Source of the DNA: Promethearchaeota archaeon Loki_b32
GTDB taxonomy: Archaea > Asgardarchaeota > Lokiarchaeia > Sigyniarchaeales > SOKP01
DNA length: 24,000 nt
Assembly: GCA_005223125.1 (NCBI GenBank)
Contig: NJBH01000011.1
Span: forward strand, 77,055 to 101,054
Reading direction: 5' to 3'
Both the position numbers and the translations under genes were made by a program. Under the pieces are notes generated by a model, which was not told where the DNA came from, made no database searches, and saw only the letters and a list, made by a program, of their open reading frames with translations. Positions 15,908 to 23,362 of this stretch are shown here, piece by piece. Within the stretch, counting starts at the first letter, position 1, and the number at the start of each line of letters is the position of its first letter.

Positions 15908-16543
15908 ATGGGTTTTCTAAAGGATATTTCAAAATGGTTGTCTGGTGGTAAGAGTAAAGATGGTCCCCGCTCTGCTGCGATTAAATTGAAAGTATTTAAT
16001 AAAAGATTGATGAGACAAACAAAAAAATTAGAAATTAGCGCAAAACTTGCAAGAGATAAAGCCGTAAATTTAAGAAAACAGGGAGATTTAGACGGTTCAA
16101 AATTTCATGCGAGGAATTACCTTCAAGTAAAGAAGCAAGCGAGAGCTGTGGAAATGTTTCGCACCAATTTGGAAGGGCTCCTTTTCAAATTAGAACAAGC
16201 AAATGCAGTTAAAGACGTATCTCAAATCATGACAGGTATTGCCCAGTCTCTAGCAACTTTAAAAAGCCAGCTTTCGGTGCCACAAATGACACAATTGATG
16301 AGTCAAATCGACATTGACATGGAAGAATTTGCCGTTACTGCTGATATCGCAACAGACGGTATGGATAGTATCAGTATTGATACTGCTGTGATGGATTCAG
16401 ACGTATCTGAGGTTCTCGGAGAAATTGATGCCGAAATCCAGGTAGAAATGGGAGTTGCTTTACCAAGTGCGGCTTCTGGTGCTTCTGATGAGAAGATAGC
16501 TGAATTAGAGAAAGAATTAAAGCGATTGAAATCTGACGAATAA
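15908..16543 (+). CDS. ESCRT-III subunit (Snf7 family, Vps2/24/46 = CHMP1/2/3-like) with C-terminal MIM1-like helix
   Basis: A basic N-terminal helical hairpin (AIKLKVFNKRLMRQTKKLEISAKLARDKAVNLRKQGDLDGSKFHARNYLQVKKQ) is followed by an acidic C-terminal half. LSVPQMTQLMSQIDIDMEEF parallels CHMP2 MNLPQIQKIMMEFERQ. The tail is DEKIAELEKELKRLK. ATG 15908 is preferred over TTG 15899. Confidence 0.87.
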   Translation: MGFLKDISKWLSGGKSKDGPRSAAIKLKVFNKRLMRQTKKLEISAKLARDKAVNLRKQGDLDGSKFHARNYLQVKKQARAVEMFRTNLEGLLFKLEQANAVKDVSQIMTGIAQSLATLKSQLSVPQMTQLMSQIDIDMEEFAVTADIATDGMDSISIDTAVMDSDVSEVLGEIDAEIQVEMGVALPSAASGASDEKIAELEKELKRLKSDE

Positions 16544-16745
16544 AGTTAGTCTTTTTATTATTCACTTAATTTAATCACTCGGCAAAATTGAGGCAAGTTT
16601 GATTTTTATATTCAATTTTTAATCAATAATCAAGATCTTTTTTCAAAAGATAAGAAATAATAAAAAATATAAGTATTTCCTTTAGATTAAATTTAAAAAG
16701 ATACTAAATAATTATTGATTTAATTATATAACTATTTTGAGCAGA

Positions 16746-17297
16746 ATGGATTTTAACTTTAAAGTTATTATTATTGGACCTCCTGCTGTGGGTAAGACAA
16801 GCCTTCTAAATAGATTTATACATAACGACTTTAAATTGAGTTATAAAATGACTGTTGGTGTTGATTTTTTAACTAAAGCTTTGGAATATGAACCATCCAA
16901 ATTTGTTAAACTCCATATTTGGGATATAGGAGGTCAAGAAAAATTTAAATTTCTCCATCGTAGCTTTTACGAAGGCGCATTTGGTGCATTTATTGTATTT
17001 GATCTCTTAAGACATCAAACATTTTCAAGTATGAAAACTTGGCTTTCAGAAATGCGTAGCATTGTAATTGATGATATTCCTAAAGTAATAATAGGAAATA
17101 AGTCCGATTTAATACCTGAAATTGGTCAGATTATAGATAGGAGTGAAGTAGAAGAATATGCAAAAAAAAAAGGCTGTTTTTATGTTGAAACATCAGCTAA
17201 AACCGGAGAAAATGTTGAAAATGCTTTTCTCGAACTTACAAATCGCATGATAGAGAAAATGGGGAAGATTATTAACAATAATAAAGAAAATCTATAA
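16746..17297 (+). CDS. Rab/Ras-like small GTPase
   Basis: All five G boxes are present: G1 GPPAVGKTS, G2 TVGVDF, G3 WDIGGQEKF, G4 GNKSDL, G5 ETSAKTGENV. There is no C-terminal Cys prenylation motif (the protein ends NNNKENL). ATG 16746 is preferred over TTG 16737. Confidence 0.9.
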   Translation: MDFNFKVIIIGPPAVGKTSLLNRFIHNDFKLSYKMTVGVDFLTKALEYEPSKFVKLHIWDIGGQEKFKFLHRSFYEGAFGAFIVFDLLRHQTFSSMKTWLSEMRSIVIDDIPKVIIGNKSDLIPEIGQIIDRSEVEEYAKKKGCFYVETSAKTGENVENAFLELTNRMIEKMGKIINNNKENL

Positions 17298-17436
17298 AAT
17301 CAATTAAATAAAACCAAGAATTAAAGCTATTTTTTCAATTCTCTAAACAGCATTTCTTAGCAAAATTATTAAAAGACTTATTTCTATTTTAAACTTATTC
17401 TACAAATCAAAATTTTGTATTTATTAAGTGATAATT

Positions 17437-18450
17437 ATGAATTTACCAGAATTAATTACAATTGGAAGTAATACCTTAGATATAATAATCGACATCGATG
17501 ACATATTACGCTTCGAGCTATTCGATAAAGATATAATAAAAAAATATACTGCAATTGAATACTCTCGTAAATTAAATGTAAAAAACGTCCGGTTTATTCC
17601 AGGAGGGTCGGGGGCTAATATAGCTGCAAATTGTTCTATGCTTGGTTTAAATAGTACATATATTGGAGTAATGGGGAATGATTTTTCGGCAGAAATTTGC
17701 TTAACTGACTTAAAGAAACGAGGTGTAGATCTCTCTCAAGTGATTCAAACTGATGCGGATACTACAGCATTATCAATAATTTTAAGGACACCTTGGGGAA
17801 AAGATCGTAGTATACTTGCTTATAAAGGTGCTAATAATTTATTAAAACCTTCAGACGTTAAAGAAGAACTATTTAATAATATTAGAGCGTTCGCATGGAC
17901 ATCCTTAACAACAGAGGATAGTTGTAAAGCTATAGAAAAAGCAATAACTCTTACAAAAAACAAGGGAGGTATGGTGTTTGCAGCACCTAGCATGTCAATT
18001 ATAAAAAATGCTCCAAATTGGGCAAAAATCTTGATTTCCAATTCTGATGTTGTTTCACTAAATTTAGAAGAAGCCCAAGAGTTTACAGGAGAAAGTAAAA
18101 AAACTCTTATGATTAAAATTTTCTTAGATATGGGAATAAAACTGATTTCTATCACTGATGGACCAAATGGATCAATTATTTCTGATGGTAAAACCATTAT
18201 CAATAGTGGAGTTTATAGCGCAGGTAAGGTCGAAGATACGACAGGCGCAGGTGATGCTTTCTTAACTGGAATCTTAATTTCTCGTCTTAACAATATTTCT
18301 CTTGAAAAAACTTCAAAGATAGCTACTGCTATGTCTTTCTTAGAAAGTAAAGAAATTGGAGTTCGTGAAGGATTACCCAATAGCATACAAGAACTTGAAG
18401 ATTTTGTAAGTAATTACACTATCAAACAAGTTATTTCGGAAATTGTATAA
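17437..18450 (+). CDS. PfkB-family (ribokinase-like) sugar/nucleoside kinase
   Basis: PfkB signature 1 region (PGGSGANIAANCSMLGL) and signature 2 (DTTGAGDAFLTGIL). The start is either GTG 17428 or ATG 17437. Confidence 0.85.
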   Translation: MNLPELITIGSNTLDIIIDIDDILRFELFDKDIIKKYTAIEYSRKLNVKNVRFIPGGSGANIAANCSMLGLNSTYIGVMGNDFSAEICLTDLKKRGVDLSQVIQTDADTTALSIILRTPWGKDRSILAYKGANNLLKPSDVKEELFNNIRAFAWTSLTTEDSCKAIEKAITLTKNKGGMVFAAPSMSIIKNAPNWAKILISNSDVVSLNLEEAQEFTGESKKTLMIKIFLDMGIKLISITDGPNGSIISDGKTIINSGVYSAGKVEDTTGAGDAFLTGILISRLNNISLEKTSKIATAMSFLESKEIGVREGLPNSIQELEDFVSNYTIKQVISEIV

Positions 18451-18516
18451 ACAATTAGAATTTCTAAGAATCATTAAATTTTAATTTTTTAATATATTCT
18501 TATTATTATTAAAAAT

Positions 18517-18588
18517 GCGCTCTTAGTATAGTGGTTAGTATGCCAGGTTGCCAACCTGGCGACCCGGGTTCAATTCCCGGAGGGCGCA
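18517..18588 (+). tRNA. tRNA-Gly (anticodon GCC)
   Basis: The cloverleaf folds by hand. Acceptor stem gcgctct/agggcgc; anticodon stem ccagg/cctgg with loop ttGCCaa; T arm ccggg-ttcaatt-cccgg; discriminator a. It is 72 nt with no encoded CCA, and a T-run follows. Confidence 0.9.
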
Positions 18589-18623
18589 TTTTAAACTATT
18601 AATCTAAAATTAAGGAGTCTAAT

Positions 18624-19640
18624 ATGAGTATAGATATATCAGATGGTATTGAAAGTGGTAATTTAACGATTAGAATTTTAACAACAAATACAGTTATTTC
18701 AACTTTATTGACCGATGAAAAATTTGAAGGAAAAATTATACAACCTCATACAAATGGAAGTAAATATTTAGCAGAACATGGACTTGCTATGAGTATAGAA
18801 ATAAAGCAAGGAGAAGAGATAAAAAAATATCTTTTGGATGCAGGAGGGCTTAAGAATTCTATAATAATGAACGTAGAAGCTATGGGCTTAGATTTCAAGG
18901 ATTATGACAAATTGATATTAAGTCATGGTCATGTTGATCATTATGGTGGTTTAATGAATGTCCTTCCTAAATTAAAGGAAGGATGTGAGATAATGTTGAC
19001 ACCCAGTTCCTATAATCAAAATATAATCTTAGTTCCAAAATCAGGTCAAGCATTTTATTCACCTGAAGTTTTAACAGAAAAATTCCGTGATTTACAAAAA
19101 GAAAACAAATTTCTTTTAAATATTAAATTGCCTTCAATGAACAAATCTATAATTGAAAACTTAGTCAATCAAAATAATCTTAAAATTATAGAGATAAATA
19201 AACCAATAAAACTAACATCAGGAATTACTACAAGTGGAGAAATTGAAATATTTGACGAAAAAGAACTTACCAAAGGTTTTTATCTAATGAAAAGTAGAAA
19301 AGAATTTGAAAAAAATACGTTTAGAGACGAAATATCAATCTATATTAATGTTAAGGATAAAGGACTTGTAGTAATTACAGGATGTGGACACACAGGGATA
19401 GTAAATACCATAAAACATGGGCAACAATTAACTGGGATTAACAAAATTTATGCTTTAATCGGCGGATTTCATAAGGAATGGGAAAAAACTGAAGATATTG
19501 AAGAATCAGTTCGTTTTATTGAAGGATTAAATCCAGAAATAACGTGTGGAATGCATTGCACTGGTTTTGAGTTTAATAAAATCATGTCGAGACATCCATC
19601 TCATACTTTTGGAATAGTTGGAACTGAGTTTCACTTATAA
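18624..19640 (+). CDS. metallo-beta-lactamase-fold hydrolase (COG1237-like)
   Basis: HxHxDH motif LSHGHVDHYGGL, AEHGLAMSIE near the N-terminus (typical of the COG1237 group), a later GCGHTG motif, and a C-terminal MHCTG. aaggag lies 8 nt upstream of the ATG. Confidence 0.75.
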   Translation: MSIDISDGIESGNLTIRILTTNTVISTLLTDEKFEGKIIQPHTNGSKYLAEHGLAMSIEIKQGEEIKKYLLDAGGLKNSIIMNVEAMGLDFKDYDKLILSHGHVDHYGGLMNVLPKLKEGCEIMLTPSSYNQNIILVPKSGQAFYSPEVLTEKFRDLQKENKFLLNIKLPSMNKSIIENLVNQNNLKIIEINKPIKLTSGITTSGEIEIFDEKELTKGFYLMKSRKEFEKNTFRDEISIYINVKDKGLVVITGCGHTGIVNTIKHGQQLTGINKIYALIGGFHKEWEKTEDIEESVRFIEGLNPEITCGMHCTGFEFNKIMSRHPSHTFGIVGTEFHL

Positions 19641-19782
19641 ATACATTTAATTTAATTAGATATATATTTGTTTAAAGAAATCAATTAAGTAAATTTAAAC
19701 TAAATAAATTTTGAGTGAAATAAATTCTGACAAGAGATATTTAAAAAGTATAAAAAAAAGCAACAAAATTCATTTTCAAATT

Positions 19783-20037
19783 TTATGTCCCTTTTTGGAT
19801 ATCAAAGCACCACATATTTTTACAATCTTTAGAACAAAAATTATGTATCGTTGTTGTTTGGCATATATTTATATGTTGCTTTAATCTTTTACCGCGTAAT
19901 TTTCTACCGCAATAATCACAATCATTATGATTTATGCTTAAGAAAGTTTTCAATACAGGTTGTTCCTCAGTTAAACCTTCAATAATTTCTTGATAGTTTA
20001 CTAAAGGCATTCTTGGATAATCATTATGAAATTTCAT
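19783..20037 (-). CDS. small zinc-finger protein (TRASH / zf-FCS-like CxxC...FCSxxC)
   Basis: CDYCGRKL ... HNFCSKDCKNMW resembles the C-x2-C-x(n)-FCS-x2-C arrangement of TRASH/FCS-type zinc fingers. It is 84 aa and has no other support. Confidence 0.45.
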   Translation of the reverse strand: MKFHNDYPRMPLVNYQEIIEGLTEEQPVLKTFLSINHNDCDYCGRKLRGKRLKQHINICQTTTIHNFCSKDCKNMWCFDIQKGT

Positions 20038-20348
20038 TTTTAAAAATGAATTGAATTATGAATACAAGAGATAATAAGGAAATGTTCTATAAATATATTT
20101 GTTTATAAGGAAACATTTCCTTTTTCCTCACATCCATAAAAGTCCTATAGTGAATGCTGTATTTCCTTATTATTTAAATAATATTTAGAAATTGTTAAAA
20201 TAATAATCGAAAAAAATAGATTCTTTTTATGAGAGAAAAGAAGAACTAAAAAAGTTCAAATGATTAATGTTATATTCCGGAGATAATACCAACATAATAC
20301 CCCGAAATATATAACAACACGTGAAAGGTCTGTTTCACGAAAGTTTAA

Positions 20349-20612
20349 AAAATTGATCATGAATTTTTATATGATACTCTTCAGTATGTAAAAAACAGAA
20401 ACCTCGCTCTTAATGAATGTATAAGAGTTCTTAAGGGTGATGGTGTAATTGTAGTTATAGAATGGAACAAAAAGCAAATTGAAAAAGTGTACAAGAAATA
20501 TGGCTACAAAATTGAATTTATGGACCCTAGAGGTTATCTTAAAAGGAATGATATTTCATTTGATGTTTTAAAAGGAGATATAGTAAACATATACCTACTT
20601 TGGAAAAAATAG
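20349..20612 (+). pseudogene. 3' remnant of a class I SAM-dependent methyltransferase (no start codon, lacks the SAM-binding N-terminal half)
   Basis: Hand translation gives KIDHEFLYDTLQYVKNRNLALNECIRVLKGDGVIVVIEWNKKQIEKVYKKYGYKIEFMDPRG...LLWKK*. This matches the post-motif-II part of Methyltransf_11-type enzymes (h.h...AL.E..RVLK.GG.hhh.-w). The frame is closed by TAA at 20346, and no GxGxG motif I is found upstream in any frame. Confidence 0.5.
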
Positions 20613-20642
20613 CAGAATATATTTAGAAATATAGGTAATTTT

Positions 20643-21278
20643 TTAGGGATCTATATCTCTTAATTTATTGAAAAATTCATCGGGATCATCTATTCCCGAC
20701 CTTAATAGCACACATTCCTTATGTATATCAAGTTTTTTGCTATTTAATTCTAGATAATCCTTATCTAATTCATTTTCAAAACGTAACCAACACCCCAAAG
20801 CATCAGAATAATCTTGCCACCCTCCAAATACTAGTTTACTCAATATGTAATCTTCTTTTGAGGCGACCCAACACTCAATTCCGGCAAAATTAATTTTAAG
20901 CCTTCTCTTTAGACCTAGTGGTCCAATTTTTTTATAATTACTAAGGCTTTTTTGATCAATGATATAATTATCAAATTTAATAATTTGTTGCTTATCTAAA
21001 AATTGTAATAAATGGATATCCTTAGCAAGTTTTGCAGCTGAATCCCAGTCTTGTATAGGAAAAAATTCATTTTTTTTTAATATTGTTATATATGTATCTA
21101 AATTATGATTAACTGAATAAATATCAACAACGAAATCAATATCTTGAGTTGTTCTCGTTTCAGAATAAATGCTCACTAAAATTCCCCCAACTAAATAATA
21201 TTTAATACCAAATTCTCTCTCAATTTTTTCTAAAAAATTAACAATTTGAAAAAAAGCTTTTTCATATCGTATTTCCAT
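20643..21278 (-). CDS. nucleotidyltransferase-fold protein (AbiEii/DUF1814-like or DUF6036-like; putative toxin)
   Basis: YYLVGGILVSIYSETRTTQDIDFVVDI matches the GG-x(n)-R-x-[ST]-x-D-[IL]-D minimal NTase motif seen in AbiEii-type toxins. It lies 3 nt downstream of a 77-aa ORF on the same strand. Confidence 0.55.
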   Translation of the reverse strand: MEIRYEKAFFQIVNFLEKIEREFGIKYYLVGGILVSIYSETRTTQDIDFVVDIYSVNHNLDTYITILKKNEFFPIQDWDSAAKLAKDIHLLQFLDKQQIIKFDNYIIDQKSLSNYKKIGPLGLKRRLKINFAGIECWVASKEDYILSKLVFGGWQDYSDALGCWLRFENELDKDYLELNSKKLDIHKECVLLRSGIDDPDEFFNKLRDIDP

Positions 21279-21281
21279 AAT

Positions 21282-21515
21282 TCATTTTCTCCTTTTCATT
21301 TTTTCATTGATTTTAAACATTTTGATAATGATATCTTTAATAGATTTATTCGGATATCTCTCCTTTTCTATATTAATGTAATTATTTAAATTAAAATTAC
21401 ATAGTTCAAAAAAAAGCGATATAGAAGCTTCAGTTGGTATTTTTTTCATCAATTCTATTCTTCCTTTAAAATTTCGTGCTATTTTTCTAAAATTTTTGTT
21501 TGAGTCAATTGTCAT
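21282..21515 (-). CDS. small 77-aa protein, putative partner (antitoxin-like) of the nucleotidyltransferase
   Basis: It is tightly coupled to the downstream NTase gene (3-nt gap). It has a basic C-terminus (KMKRRK) and no recognisable motif. Confidence 0.35.
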   Translation of the reverse strand: MTIDSNKNFRKIARNFKGRIELMKKIPTEASISLFFELCNFNLNNYINIEKERYPNKSIKDIIIKMFKINEKMKRRK

Positions 21516-21640
21516 TTATTCTTTCATCTAAGATTTTATCTTTATAATGTTGATTCCTTTAAATATAATAATAGGAAAAAGGTTTATTAATATTTTAGAA
21601 ACCTTTAGATTTTCATTATCCTTACTTGTTAATTTATATT

Positions 21641-22489
21641 TTAAAGGAATCCTAAAAGATTTGTTACTCCATCAATTTTAGGAACTTCTACTTTAAAATA
21701 ATAGCGAACAATATCAATTAAATAATTTAAATAGGGCCTTTGTATTTTTTCTTCATGTTTTTCAGAGACTAGATCAATAAGTATTTTGGAGGTTATCGGT
21801 TTTCCCTTTTGACTCTCAATAAATTCAGCTATAGTTTTAGAAAATTCAAAAATTTTATTTAACTCGTTTCTTAATATGATCAAACCAGCCATTAAATCAT
21901 ATTCGGCAAAAAATTTATGTACAATAGCTTGCTCCGTTTCTAATTTTTTTGGATTAATAAATTTATTTTTATCTCTTACAATTTCAAGCTTTTTAAAAAC
22001 AAGATGTTCTTTATATTGTCCCTTATTTATTTTATAGTCTTCTTCTGATATAATATCTATATCAAAATCGAATGATTTATCAAAAATATATCGAAAGAAA
22101 TTATTAATGTGATTATAAAGAAATTCCTCATCTAATATAATAACAATTTTCCTTCCTAAAAAAACGGCTCTAACAACATAAACCAGCAATACTTCAGGTA
22201 TATTTAATTTAATCAAATCAAATTTGATAGCATCTGTTTCAGGAGTAACAACTTCTTCAGCTTCCTCAGTGGGAATACTTTCTGGAAGCTCAATTTTAAA
22301 GTCTGCTACTAAACAATCCCTAACAATTAAATTTTTGTCTACATAAGCGATAAATGAATGTTCACATATCATTCCTGCTGCTATATTGATTGCTAAAAGT
22401 CCTTTTGCAACATTTTTGGTCGCATCATCTGCAACCTCGATGTATTCCCATTGTGAGCAAATTGGACAACGTATTTCGAGCCTTGCCAT
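21641..22489 (-). CDS. hypothetical protein with N-terminal CxxC...CxH zinc-binding-like module
   Basis: MARLEIRCPICSQWEYIEV...GMICEHSFIAYVD, then an acidic linker (PTEEAEEVVTPETD) and a ~190-aa alpha/beta domain. I cannot assign a family with confidence. Confidence 0.5.
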   Translation of the reverse strand: MARLEIRCPICSQWEYIEVADDATKNVAKGLLAINIAAGMICEHSFIAYVDKNLIVRDCLVADFKIELPESIPTEEAEEVVTPETDAIKFDLIKLNIPEVLLVYVVRAVFLGRKIVIILDEEFLYNHINNFFRYIFDKSFDFDIDIISEEDYKINKGQYKEHLVFKKLEIVRDKNKFINPKKLETEQAIVHKFFAEYDLMAGLIILRNELNKIFEFSKTIAEFIESQKGKPITSKILIDLVSEKHEEKIQRPYLNYLIDIVRYYFKVEVPKIDGVTNLLGFL

Positions 22490-22617
22490 ATTATATCAAA
22501 AACAAATATCTTTGAAAATAATTTACACAATTGAATTTTAAATTTATATAATAAATGTTGCATTATTACTTAATAAATTTGCTCAATAATGATAGGTAGT
22601 TTAAATTAGAGCATTCC

Positions 22618-23097
22618 TTAAAATCTTTTAACTCGACCGTAATTTCTCTCTATTAAATTGGCAATAAGTAGACAAAAAGTCGCACTTAGGATCTCTGCAG
22701 CTAAAAATGCCATAGAATTATGTAAAAATAATGTAGAGATAAAGAATGTACTAAAGAAAAATATGTTAAAAACAATGAAAATTATTAATAAAGGCTTTGT
22801 TATTGGAAAATTTAAGAACCTTTTCAAGGTTGATCCTTTCGAGGTTTTTTTGCCAAATCTTCTTCTTAATCGTTCTCTTCTCTCGACTTGAGCATAACTT
22901 TCAAAGACAATAAGCGCAGCAAAGAAGATAGCCACCCAAACTCCAACTGGAATTAAAACTACTATAATATGATTTCCCATCGCCAAGAAGTATTGACCCA
23001 CAAATATAAAAAACAATTGGAACATTCCGCTCATCCCCAATAATAGTAAACCAATACCAAAGTACTCCTTAGATGTCCAGCGAATTCTTATCGGCAT
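22618..23097 (-). CDS. small integral membrane protein (4 predicted TM segments)
   Basis: There are two hydrophobic helices, then a basic loop (RRERLRRRFGKKTSKGSTLKR), then two more hydrophobic helices. I recognise no family. The gene starts 27 nt downstream of tRNA-Val on the same strand. Confidence 0.5.
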   Translation of the reverse strand: MPIRIRWTSKEYFGIGLLLLGMSGMFQLFFIFVGQYFLAMGNHIIVVLIPVGVWVAIFFAALIVFESYAQVERRERLRRRFGKKTSKGSTLKRFLNFPITKPLLIIFIVFNIFFFSTFFISTLFLHNSMAFLAAEILSATFCLLIANLIERNYGRVKRF

Positions 23098-23124
23098 AAT
23101 AATCTTATTTTAATTGTATTTTAG

Positions 23125-23227
23125 TGGGCCCGGCGCGATTTGAACGCACGACCTTCCGCACGTCAAGCGGACGTCATACCGAGTTTTCCGAAACTCAGAA
23201 AATGAGTTTCCTCTAGACCACGGGCCC
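23125..23227 (-). tRNA. tRNA-Val (anticodon GAC) with a ~30-nt insertion/intron in the D-loop
   Basis: The reverse complement reads gggcccg tg gtct ag[aggaaactcattttctgagtttcggaaaactc]ggta tgac g tccgc ttGACgt gcgga aggtc gtgcg ttcaaat cgcgc cgggccc a. Acceptor, anticodon and T arms all pair. The D-loop is interrupted by ~29-32 nt (about 23181-23212) that contains the hairpin gaaactca/tgagtttc. Confidence 0.75.
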
Positions 23228-23362
23228 AGTGTAATTTTGAAATTTAAAATCTATTTGTATTAATTTATGGTATTAAAAAATAAATATTTTATTAAAAATG
23301 TTAATTTCTACTATACTTTCGAATACTTAAGAATAAAATAAAAAAGTAAAAAGAATAATTAT

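Noticed and set aside
13579-16565. Antisense ORFs 13579-13815, 14796-14978 and 16371-16565
   Set aside because: They lie opposite the radical-SAM-like, TcmP-like and ESCRT-III genes respectively. They have no motifs and are shadow ORFs.
17820-18203. 127-aa minus-strand ORF inside the PfkB kinase gene
   Set aside because: It is antisense to a gene with clear PfkB signatures and has no motif of its own. It is a shadow ORF.
22658-22891. 77-aa plus-strand ORF inside the membrane-protein gene
   Set aside because: The minus-strand frame gives a coherent 4-TM protein with a basic loop. The plus-strand product is K/N-rich with no features.
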